Shown piece by piece: positions 12,856 to 23,850 of a stretch of 34,051 nucleotides of DNA. Location: the NCBI GenBank assembly GCA_910592345.1, contig CAJVPI010000346.1, forward strand, positions 1 to 34,051. Reading direction: 5' to 3'. Within the stretch, counting starts at the first letter, position 1; every line of letters begins with the position of its first letter. The DNA is from Paraglomus brasilianum (lineage: Eukaryota). The notes under the pieces were generated by a model, which saw nothing but the letters and a program-made list of their open reading frames with translations, was not told where the DNA came from and did not search any database. The position numbers were made by a program, and so were the translations under genes.

Positions 12856-14343
12856 CTATCCACCTAACATCAATGTAACAGATTCGTCGAAACCTGAATC
12901 CATCCTTACCCGCTTTCTCTTCTCATACCATTGGTGTTTGCGTTCTTTTCCTTTGAGTAACGCCAACTCCTTTACAATCTCCTCCCGTTCTCTATCCAAC
13001 TCCTGCAATGCTAAAGTAGCCTTTTCCAACCCAGCAGCATCTCCTTGATTTTCTTTTGTCTTTTTGAACTCCAGGGTTGCCTCTCTCTGCGCATCTTTTG
13101 CATTTAACTTTCTCTCTAATTCTGCAATCCTCGCATTTCGAGACTCACTCGTTTGCGTAGCATATGCATTACGCTTCGCTCGTAATGATTCACGAGAAAT
13201 CTTCCGACCCGGTTTGGGTGCGTTTGGGTTTAGTTTCGATCGTGATTGTCCACGCTTATAGGTATAGCCTTCGAGCAAAAGTTTGGCTTTCGCCTTTTCG
13301 AATAAATCGCCTTTGTTTGCAACTAATGCTGGATCTGATAGGGCTAGTTCTATTGCTGCTTTGTTGATTGCTAACTCGTACTGTGTAAGTTGGCGATTGC
13401 TGCGCTTCCCATAGATTGTGGCATGATGAATGATAATGTCACGAGTCGTGGAAGAAGAGTTGTAGAGTGTTGTTGCTGCAAGAGATGGGTGGATGGACGA
13501 CTCGGCTGAAGTGGGACTGGACAGTGACGGTGAAGCTGAAGTTTGAGAGGACGACGGTGAGACTTGAGTTCGTACGGATGCGGGTATTGATGTGGTGGTT
13601 GCGGCTGGAGATAGTTGATCAAGTGACGATGTCATCATTGCTTTCGTTAGCGATGGTGAGCTAGCAGCTGAATTTGGGGTTGATGGAGCTATCAGAGGTG
13701 ACTCGTGTTGTGAAGTCTGTTGACAGTGCATGTGCTGCGTTTTGTTTGGCTGGTTTGGTAGGAACATGTGTAGTGGTGACAGTATAAAATAATAAAAGAA
13801 AAGTCAGTTTCTAATAAATTCCATACTTACAAGCGATTGTAACGTCACTCCCTGCAAGTTAAATAGATCAACTAACCAATGGAGTCGGCGACACCATGTG
13901 CAAGTCCCTAACGTTCGCATTCAATATTCGTTCTCCACCTTCTCCGCTCCTACCCTCTCGCAACACTCTCAGGCCTTTCTTAAACGCCAAAAAATGCATC
14001 AACTTCATCTCAAGCTCAGTCATAATCTCCTTCAAATCTTGCTCATCTAATTCAACCAACTGACTAACGTCATTTTCACAAACGCCTGCTTCTACGAAAC
14101 TTCTGTGGTACTGTGTGAGGTTTAGTTGTTGGAGGAATTCCGATAAAGTTGGATATTGTAAAGAAACTGCATGATCTCCGGTCGGTGTCATGTATTGAGA
14201 TGCCTGATTGGAAGAGAACGAGAGAATTGTTAGGGTTTTGATCGAACGAAATGAAAGAATGTTGAAAGACCTGCCTCGGTGGTTTGTTTTGTAGGTGTGG
14301 TGGTCATGTAATCTGTAACATGGTTTTCTGAATCAGCAAACAT
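12856..14343 (-). CDS. NAB: NAB (NGFI-A/EGR-binding corepressor)-like protein: SAM-like NCD1, S/T-rich linker, NCD2-like region, C-terminal coiled coil
   Basis: Main exons ~14203-13877 (or ending ~13913) and 13749-12856; likely first exon 14343-14275 and possible micro-exon 13851-13831. LQQLNLTQYHRSFVEAG..DVSQLVELDEQDLKEIMTELEMKLMHFLAFKKGLR resembles NCD1. ATIYGKRSNRQLTQYELAINKAAIELALSDPALVANKGDLFEKAK resembles NCD2. Orthology is inferred. Confidence 0.8.
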
Positions 14344-15943
14344 TGTGGCGATTCCTACGCTGACACTTGAGTTTTACGTACCTAGCAGAAAGGAACAACG
14401 TAGACGCGTGCTACTGAGCTGTTCAAGTTGTTGTATCGCGGACAGTCAAACGCTCTGACGCTCTTTATGGAGTGATGAAGAGTGTTTGGGTGATGGGGGG
14501 AGGGAAGTTATTTTGCCTGCTGATCTCCCACCCTACCCCCCAAGAGTAGGGGGGTGCGCTGATCAATGATTATGGCTTTTCACTGGTTCACATGTTCCAT
14601 TCTGACGGCATACTGGCGGTGATGATGTAATCCATTATCACGTGATAGTTACAAAGTAAATAAGCTAACAAAAGATGTAAAGGAACCTGTTGTCGGATCG
14701 ATACACGTGGGAGAGCGTTCGTATATCGACCTTGAGAGTTAACACCATCCAACGGAACTCTTGACTATTCCTACTACTGTTAAACCTTTAAACGACAATG
14801 CAAATGATTTTCGATGCTCTTGTATTAGTCGTTCCTAGATTACTCGAGTTCTTACGTCTACTTGGTTTTTTTTTTTACTCTCTTTTTCCAACTCTAAGAC
14901 CGCATAATCTAACACTCTCATTTTAACCTGTAATTTAGTTTATTATTATCAATTGGAGTTTAACTTTAATTCTAGCATTTCTTGATTGTGAATTTTTCTC
15001 TTTCAGTTAATTTCTGTAACTGCTGAACCTTGGCTTTTAATCTCTTGAAAATGTTTGCTTAGTTAAAGTCTTATTTTCTTCTTTAGTTAAATTAGGTAGA
15101 CTTACTATATTTGTTATTATTCCTCCGCAGTCAAACAAACCACTAATTTTAGTCCAGATTGAATTAGTAATAATAATAGCGACAGGCGCAGCAGTAGCAA
15201 AAACGTTTCGAAAAATCAGTGACAATACAAAACGCTATTAATTTAGTAGTGAAAAAGCGTTACGGTTTTTCAGTGATGCTCGAAGATATATAAGTAGCTC
15301 ATATTCCATCGCCAAATCTCCATTTTGTCCATGTTGTGAAAACATCAAAAGTTCGAATATCGTTGTGAAATAAAATAATACTATTGATATTAGTAGTGTT
15401 CTCCCGAAAAATCCTTTATTATAAATATGCATTTAATTTCTATCGTCGAAATAATTGATTATTAGGCCGGACACTCCAAGAAACGGCTCACTTAAGCTGT
15501 AACGGAATAGCATTGATTTGGTCAAGCTAGTAAGCTGTCCGTGTATTAATTACGTGAATAATGAAACGAGAGTTTATAATTAATTATCGAGATGAATATT
15601 GTTTAATTAGTTTAGTAAAAATAAGTGACGGATACCGACTAGTCGACAAACAAATCGAAGACAGCCCTGTTTAATTTTTTTAAAAAAAAGCATTATTCCT
15701 CTTCGATTCTTTAATAGAATAATTGTTGTTATTATTCTATTAGAGGTACCTTTATTTGTATTTGAAGCGCGCATAATGAAAATAGGTCACTTGAGGCTTG
15801 ATTCAGTCTAAATTGCACAACTATCGTAGTGAGGGCGATAGTACGAGCTAAGCCTGGTAATATCCCCCGGTCGGCGAACACGCCTACGCGAAAAGATAAA
15901 TCGCTCTCCCAAAACCCCCATTTCATTCCCGACCGTAACAATA

Positions 15944-16627
15944 CAGTGTGTAAAGAAATTATTGGCAAAAAAATTGCATAGACTTAAATCGCATAACTTT
16001 CCCAAAAATAAGCCAATTTACGTAAACTTTTTTTTGTTTTAATTACGAAAACCTGCTTTTTTTATTTTTATTAAATGGTGTAATGTCTTTTAGAAGTCAC
16101 TTATTAACAAAATATTAACAAAGTGACAAGTTTCGATTTAAAAAACCAGCGAGAAACTATATTACATTTTTGGAACATAAGCGTCTGCTCAGCCAAAGCG
16201 GACTATCTATAATAACTTAAAAAGTATAGATCACAAAAAAGGAGCAGGTTGACCAAAAAATCACTCCCATTGTTGCTGTAGTACATCAGTCAGAATATAC
16301 ACTGTGATTCCACAATTTAAATCCAATAGAAAATCTTTGGAATGTTGTTAAAAGAAACGCGAAAAAAGAATGCCACAAAATCAGCAAGATTTAAGTCGTT
16401 TTATGGTAGAGGCTATTCCAGAAAACATGTTAATTAATTTAGCACAATTGATAAAGTACAGATATGAGTTAGTTATTGAAAGCAATGGAGAAAGAATAGC
16501 ATATTAAATTTTGCCAACAAATTTACTGCATTTTAACTGTCAAACGAGGTATTAATTATGTTGATTACTATGGTCATTGTTGCTCAGTGATTAAATATGT
16601 AATTGCCAATAATTTCTTTACACACTG
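15944..16627 (+). mobile_element. Internally deleted, non-autonomous Tc1/mariner element (684 bp)
   Basis: Perfect 25-bp TIRs cagtgtgtaaagaaattattggcaa at 15944-15968 and 16603-16627, TA duplicated on both sides. Transposase remnants: N-terminal RETILHFWN..RTIYNNLK..HKKGAG*PK and C-terminal NLNPIENLWNVVKR..ELVIESNGERIAY*; most of the catalytic core is missing. Confidence 0.93.
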
Positions 16628-16779
16628 TATAAATTTGATCACTTTCAAAGTCATTCTTGGCTGCTTGGATTAGAGTTAGCGGAAGTTGTTCGATTATATG
16701 CAAATGCAATATCATTAGACTTGATCATTTAGCAGTGTCGTGCCAACAACTGTGGGAGAGCAGTCAATTGTCGGCACTA

Positions 16780-17075
16780 GAAATTTAGCTACTTTCGCAC
16801 GAAGCGTGGCTTTTCCTATTAATAGTTAAATCTCGGTTTACAGTTAGCGACCTTTTAACTAGGCTTTCCTACTTACAACTTCACTGCGTAGAGGAGTAGA
16901 CACTAATCCTCGATAATTAAATTTCTCGAGTACAATCACGGTTCTCTATCGTGGGATCAAGTCGATAGTCTACCGGGTGGGGTACAATATGTTTTCAAAT
17001 ATAATTTCCAGCTGAAGTTACGTAAAAATTTGGCTATCAATATCCCTAATTGTTAACTAAGGATTGTTTTATGCT
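16780..17075 (+). repeat. Dispersed degenerate repeat, inverted partner at ~29690-29925
   Basis: tttagctactttcgcacgaagcgtggcttttccta, acagttagcgaccttttaacta and aatatccctaat match, in order, the reverse complement of 29690-29925. Boundaries approximate. Confidence 0.7.
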
Positions 17076-17168
17076 ACTTAAATTTTACAAATAATTTCTC
17101 CAAACTATTAACTAACTGCTGGTTTGAATTAGAAACTTTTTAATGTCTCATTAGCGACGCACTATTGG

Positions 17169-17287
17169 TGTTGTACCTCAGTTGGGGACCTGTCTCAGTT
17201 CTGGACTGAGACAACTGGATGTGTCTGGGTTCTGGACTGAGACAACTGAGTTCTGGACTGAGACAGGTCCCCAACTGAGGTACAACA
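17169..17287. mobile_element. Palindromic MITE-like element (119 bp)
   Basis: Perfect 31-bp inverted repeat tgttgtacctcagttggggacctgtctcagt at 17169-17199 and 17257-17287, with three copies of gttctggactgagaca. No clear target-site duplication. Confidence 0.8.
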
Positions 17288-18078
17288 ATGCTAGTAATTA
17301 TTTTTCCGCAACAAATAACATTACGTGAATCATGTGAGTTGCACTTAGGGAAATAAATCTATTAGAACGGGACTCGCACGAAATAAAGAAATCGAAAGGA
17401 GTCGAATATTTTAACACTTGCAAACACACCGACTCTAGCTGAATCTACGCTGCTTTTATATCTTTCGAACGAACTAATTAATCTATTTTAGTAACGATTA
17501 TTAATTATATTTTTATATCGGTATCGGTATACGCTACGCTTGCTGCACTACTACAGCGCTTATTTACTTCTGCAATTGTTATTTCTGCTGCACTAGATAG
17601 CAAATCATAGATTTGCCTAGAACCGACTTTTATTATACAAAAATAGGTTATGCAACTCGAATATTTAAAAATTAATCCGCATGTAACTTTGCATAAATTT
17701 CTACTCATTTAAAAGCACCAAAGAACCGCTATCAAATTATAAAAGATTGCCCGCTTCTTCGTTGAGAAATCGAATTTTGAATCTAGTGTACTATTCAGTG
17801 GGCAACTACCTCTAAATTACAGTGTGTTAGCTAGTAATGTAATCACGTGAATTGCATTCAGAGAAATACATCTGCTAGATAGCAATTGCAGAAAATGGAG
17901 GTGCATTTATTTAGCAGGCTCTTGCATTAGTATTAGTATATTGGCGATATTTATCCCGGATTATCAATGGCTTCCGAACAAGTCACGAATTACGCTTTGG
18001 GAAATGATTTTCCAAACTTTATAGCAGCAAACATAAATAGCGTCTCCTACCAAAAATTTTCCCCATCTCTTTAATCAA

Positions 18079-19769
18079 ATGCATTCAACGCGGAAGCCTT
18101 CTCCTTTCAATCCCAAGAGACGGAAAATAGAGGAAAAAGTATCATCGGAGCCTTCAACCTCGTTTCATCCAAGTGAATTAATAAACGACCACTATACAGA
18201 CAGCAACTTTGTATCCAACTTTCGTAACGCTTTTCAAACCAGGACTGACTTTGAATGTAGCACTACTAGTGCTAGACTTTATCCTACGCCATTCTGCGCT
18301 GGCTTGCTTCCAAATATACTTTCGTCTTCCTTCCTACACAACGCAAAGCAAGAAATAGTCACCGAATACTACACATTGAAATCTTCCGATTTGTTTGAAT
18401 TTCATCAAAGCGATGATTTAAAGAAAACGAAAAAGCCACAGGTACAGAAATTGCGGGATGCACTATATTCGGATCATTTCGTGTCGATGATGTCTAATTT
18501 AACAGGAATAGAATTGAACAACACGCCCGACATATCAGCGCATATGTATTTTCAGGGACACTATTTGTTATGTCATGACGACGATATTGAAGATGACAAG
18601 GAAATGATGGGAAGAAGGGTTGCATTCATTATTTATCTGGTCGATGAATGGGATGAAAGTGACGGCGGAGCGCTGGAGTTGTTTAATATGTAAACGTGAA
18701 CGTCTCTCTCTCTTTATCTTCTCCATTTGTTTGTTGTTGCATGACCACCTTTTCCAATCTCTTTTTGGATTTTAACACTTGTCCTTTACTACGTTTAAGC
18801 GACGACGGAGGTAACCCAGCCGAAGTCACGCGCTCAATATTACCAAAATATAATACGATGGCCTTTTTTGAAGTTACGCCGACGTCATTTCATCATGTAG
18901 CAGAAGTCCTGTCGCCAACAAAAGTCAGGTTATCGATATCCGGCTGGTTTCACGGATCTTTAAGAACGCGACTATCGCTTGCGGTATACCGCCCAATTAC
19001 GCCAAAGGTGTCGGAAATAACCGAATATGTCAATTCGCGCTGTTTAACGGATGAATTCATGCAGCGAGCTAGAAAAAGGCTACATAAGAATTATTTCCTA
19101 GAAATAAAGGATTTTTTAAAGGCTGATGTGTATGACAAACTCTTGGAAAGTTTAGACCACGTCGAATGGTCAGAGAAGCCAGTAGGTCCTGCCAACGTCC
19201 GCAAATATCATCTCCCAAAGTCAAACCCCGTCGACAACCTTTCCGTCGATTCGACCTCCCTCCCATTGCACAGCGCCATTCAATTATTCTTCACTTCCAG
19301 CACATTCACCGAATACCTGTACAATATCTCTCATTGGCGATTTCACTCTGTCGCATCAGAAACTCGTTGTTTCTATCGCAACAACTATACAGTCATACAC
19401 GACAATGGATGGGATAGAGAGGGTCTCGATGTAGTGTTCTCTTGCATTCGCGACAAATGGGATGAATCGTGGAATGGATCTACTATTTACGTCGATACCG
19501 AAGCAGAACCTGATGAAGAGGGTATCGAAAAAGTATATGAAATGTGGCCAGAACGGAACATGCTAACTTTAGTCTTGAGGCCGAAAATGACTCATAGGTT
19601 TGTCAAACACTTAAAGTGTGATGATGGGAATGTAAGACAAGAGATGAGTTTTATTTTCTTGGAGGAAAAGAAGGAAGGGGAGGAAGATGAGGAAGATGAG
19701 GAAGATGAGGAAGATGGTAGCAGTGAGGATGAACGTGAGGAAGATTTTTTGGAAAACAGCAGTTTTTAA
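18079..19769 (+). CDS. OGFOD1: 2-oxoglutarate/Fe(II) prolyl 3-hydroxylase OGFOD1/Tpa1/Ofd1 (uS12/Rps23 hydroxylase), ~526 aa, 2 exons
   Basis: Exons 18079-18689 and 18800-19769. Motifs SDLFEFHQSDDL, YLLCHDD, RRVAFIIYLV..W...DGGALELF, SFHHVAEV, RLSISGWFHG; second degenerate dioxygenase domain (GPANVRKY, RFVKHL) and acidic tail. Confidence 0.95.
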
Positions 19770-20122
19770 AAACTAAGAAATTTGAAATGTTAATCACTTT
19801 TTCTCATTAAGCGTGAGATTGACTGTCAGATTTAGAGATACTGCTAATATATTGTAATAAAAACCATAATTGTTGGTAGTATTGAATGATGGTGGCTTAC
19901 AATTTTATTGGCCAAAACAATATCACGTGTAACAACAATGGTTATGTGTGCGCCGATCAACTTTCCAACCCCAGGCGTCAGTCATTTGTTTTGTTATTAC
20001 CGTATTATTCATAACAATTACTTGTCGGTCGACCTGAAGCTTCTCCGACAAACAAGTAACGATGAGTCTTGCTGCACCGGTCAGCGAACATCCACCGCAA
20101 GTCTATGATCCTGAGGAGGTGA

Positions 20123-21043
20123 ATGAAAACGCGCTCGAGTTTTTTCCTAACGACTTGCCATGTAATATTTGCACGAGTATCCATGACATTTCATATTCCA
20201 ACTCCGCTATAATTTATTATACCAGCTAGAGATGCTCAAGCGAGCAATTGAGCTCTCTCTCCAGAAGAGTCCAGATACGCAAAGGAAATGGATATCAGCA
20301 AAGGATATGTACTAGTGCGTATATCAAGCTCACCCTACCTAATAAACCCAGTGGTAGTAAACTCGACAACTGACACACACACATTTCTATTGCTTTATCC
20401 TAAAAAAACTCTAGCTACGTCGTATTACCATGCATCGTAATAACGGTGGTTTACTTATTCCTTACAACGGTAATAGTTCCCGACTTTGTTGAGCGTGTTG
20501 ACTCCAAGATGTTGGAAATGTCGAGAATGAGGTCGACGTGTTGGACAATGTATCTGGAACTCCAATGTTCGTTCCGCATGTTGAACATGACAAAGGCATT
20601 GGATGAGATATGTGAAGAGTACTCTCGATGCAGTGTTGGAATAGGGCTATTTGTAAATAGGTAGATAATAGACGAATGAGCGAACGTGAAGGTTGTAATG
20701 TTGGTGAAATGCAATTGCTTATTTGTTGTATTTTCTTTTCTTTTTTTTCTTCCTGAAGAATTGGTATTGCCGGAGCAATGATAAGACAGTTCTTTGTGGG
20801 GCTGGGATTGTCTTTTGACGATATGTCTTATTTGAATATTGGCAAAATCTTATTCATATTGGTAAGTGAAAAAATGGCTGATTGTAGAATTTCGAGTAAA
20901 TATGATAATTAACGCGATCAACCTTCTTTAAATAGGGTTCGTTAGTCGTTATCAAAACGATAGCACGGACTTTAAGCACTCTTGCTTTCCGACGCAATCA
21001 AGAACAAGGGTCAAGTAAATTAATCAGATCGAAGTCGTCCTGA
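20123..21043 (+). CDS. Brr6/Brl1-like nuclear envelope membrane protein (divergent), ~192 aa, 5 exons; 5' end uncertain
   Basis: Exons 20123-20161, 20226-20308, 20415-20660, 20759-20861, 20936-21043 with matching phases. TM1 YVVLPCIVITVVYLFLTTVIV, loop CWTMYLELQC..ALDEICEEYSRC with four Cys spaced like the Brr6/Brl1 disulfide loop, then hydrophobic IGKILFILGSLVVI. Confidence 0.7.
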
Positions 21044-21299
21044 TGATGATGTACAGTAAATAAATATATATACATATACACCATTATTATTTTATATAAC
21101 GAATACAGGTGATTTATTATTAGAAATGAATCCTGCTTGTTTGCTGTTTTTAATGGTACTATTTGCAATGCTTATACGATAGAGAAAACGATGTATTATT
21201 AACAAACCAATAAAACTTTGTGAATAATGTTGACCATTTTCCGTCAGTCAATCGGTCTCATTCTTGATTGGTTGTTTCTTGTAGTGAAGCTTTTCTTAT

Positions 21300-22920
21300 G
21301 CTACTATGATTGTTTGATTAATCTTGCAGGACAATCAAGACTGTGGAGCATCATTTCATGTAAAAGCCTTTTATGCATTAAGATACATTCTTTGTTTCAG
21401 CATGCAATAACTGAACCACCAATGGAAATAGGGTAAAGTGTTTAAATAGAGTTCTGACATTGTGCAAATAAAAATAAATGTGGGTCTTATGGCACAATCA
21501 TGTGAGGTACCTCTGGTACTGATGAATTTGTCGTGGTACAGCTATAATAATAATTGTCTCATCACAACAGAATAGATCATTTACTTATCATGGCAGTGCA
21601 GGGGTAGTGTTTACCACCCTTGATGCGCTATCCATGAATCAGCAGATTTGCATAAGTTCCTTAGCCAAACTTAACAAGTCATCATCTGATCCAAGCTGCA
21701 TATAGATGGGTGATTAGCATCATTTTCAATTTCAGCAAAAATGGGTGACAATTTTAAGGTGGTTGGTTCTGCATATTGATTGTCATATTTGCTATTTTTA
21801 ATAGAGAAGAGAATGTACAAATAAAATGTTCATCAACTATATATTGATCTCCATCTGCTAACAGTGCAGGTATGATAAAATCAATACCCTTCTGATTTTA
21901 TTTGTACATTATTACAGTACCATGAAGTAAAAACTGAAGTAGATCTGCCTTTGATGGGGTATATGTAATATATGCAAAGCTCATAAAGAGAATTTTCGTT
22001 GAAGGACCACCAACCCAGCACTCTGTAATAAATGGCCATCAAAGACATCGCTGGCTGTCTATTTCACTCCGTCCTTCTAGTTATAGAGAAGATGACAATC
22101 CGTCTTGTAAATATTTAAACTAGAATGTAATATAGATAGATTTATGCCCTAAAATATGTACTTTTATTTTATTTTATTTATATGTTATGCTTTCCATGTA
22201 ATATGTACTGACACCACATGGTGGCAGCTAAGTCTTTATTATTATAGGTAGTAGAAGCACAGAAAAGTAGGGGTCACCCCATGTGTGCCTAATAAAGACC
22301 CTCAAAACCTCATAAAGAGAATTTTTGCATTAGCTAAGTTTTTGACATCAATTTGGCTAAAAATATGACCACTGGACAGCCCATCTCAATCATCTTCCAC
22401 TTCTTGTTCTTGTTTCTGTTGCATCACAAATTGAACCAAGTCAATGCCAAAGAGTGCATTTATGAATTCAGCAATAGTGACAGGGGATGAATGTTGGTTG
22501 GCAATGGTCCTATGATTGTGAATGCATGCACAAACATCCCAAGTTTTTATCATACTGCAAGCTCTCCTTGATAGCCAGCCTCCACATACCACTGCATATA
22601 GCCTTCAAAAGATGACAAAGTAATACATACATAGGAATAATTGCATAAGTCTAGCAGGGACTGGCCATTTGGTCTTGATGTCTGGGGAGATGGCACATCT
22701 GCATTCACTGAGATAGGAAGAGGAGCTGCCTCTGCCAGAATTGGTTCCACTGAATAACTGCTGATCATCTTTTAATAAAGTCGTGGGGATCATAGTAAGT
22801 TCCAAAGAACACTGCATCCATGGATGCCTTTGATGACTCCATGGGGAATTTTGATGTAATATTGAATCTTCTAAACAAATTGAAAAAAAAAAAAGCAAGA
22901 TTGATGGCAAGTTGACATGC
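21300..22920 (-). pseudogene. Decayed fragment of a large fungal hypothetical-protein family (SEPILAEAA / GxxGEL / NQxGID motifs)
   Basis: Broken frames give YSVEPILAEAA, VEAGYQGELAV..KTWD, SPVTIAEFINALFG and NAKILFMSFAYITYTPSKADLLQFLLHGTVIMYK*NQKGIDFIIP, with stops, frameshifts and strong CpG depletion. Boundaries approximate. Confidence 0.75.
21980..22325 (+). mobile_element. Insertion bounded by a 17-bp direct repeat, possibly a 5'-truncated retroelement
   Basis: ctcataaagagaatttt at 21980-21996 and 22309-22325. Removing one copy plus the intervening DNA (329 nt) restores the pseudogene frame. The insert ends aataaagaccctcaaaac. Confidence 0.7.
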
Positions 22921-23034
22921 ACAAAAAAGAAGTACTAGTTAGTCAACGTGTAAATAGCATATGAAAACTGCTCAAATGGATGGATAAAAATAGATATATG
23001 GTGATATAATAACATTTATTATGCTCTATTCTAT

Positions 23035-23850
23035 ACACTCCCAACGCGCGTGTTGTAATATATTCCATCTATTCTCCCCCCATGACTACGTGTATTCCGC
23101 GAACCCCGTTACTCCTCTATAACCATAATGTCCCTTGTCTCCTCCGGTTCACGAGCTTATGTATATTATAACCCAACTCTGCTTGATTCAGCTCTGCTTC
23201 ACCTAATGACACCCCCAACTGCCTCTCTTGCAATAAGCATTGATTACTTTCTATCTTCTCAACAAACGTGTATTCATTGCTTGCTTACCTCGTTGTTCCT
23301 CGTATGCGTTGATGATATCATCAACTGTGGCTTTTCTGTTCTTCTTTAAAACCTGACCAAAAAACCAATCAGGAACGTCATCTGTGGTAAGTGGCATGTC
23401 AGTTGCGTTTATATCTGCTGCGCTCTGTTGCACATCAAATCAGATTGTCCGACTGCTGCCCCTGTGTCGGATTTCTAGTACTTGGGGCACAGCGAACTAA
23501 AATTATCGCTATACAGCATACAAAGAATATGACGTTCACGCAGTTAGTAAGGAGATTTTTCTCTCTATCCAGTAGAAAGGTTAATTGTAGGTATATTACT
23601 GTGAGTGAAGAGAGCAAAAAGTTGTACCAGGTGATGAAGAAAATAACGATAACCAAGTATCCATTAACTAATTCCATCACTCATATACAATACTGTACAT
23701 GCAAATCATAAAATTATTATATTTAGCGTAATTATCCAAGAACCAGAAGATTTAAATGAATTAGTTTTTTATTATTATTATTATAGATAATAAATAGACA
23801 GTAGACCTAATTAAATACTTACAATGTTTTGCGGAATATTATCCCATTCT
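23035..23850 (-). pseudogene. Spliced gene remnant of unknown family
   Basis: Retains splice signals (gtaagt donor ~23822, ctaac branch sites, gtaagc donor ~23288) and protein-like pieces such as DVQQSAADINATDMPLTTDDVPDWFFGQVLKKNRKATVDDIINAYEEQR, but stops and frameshifts interrupt every splice path I tried. Confidence 0.45.

Noticed and set aside
19673..19745. gaggaagat repeats
   Set aside because: Simply encode the acidic tail of OGFOD1.
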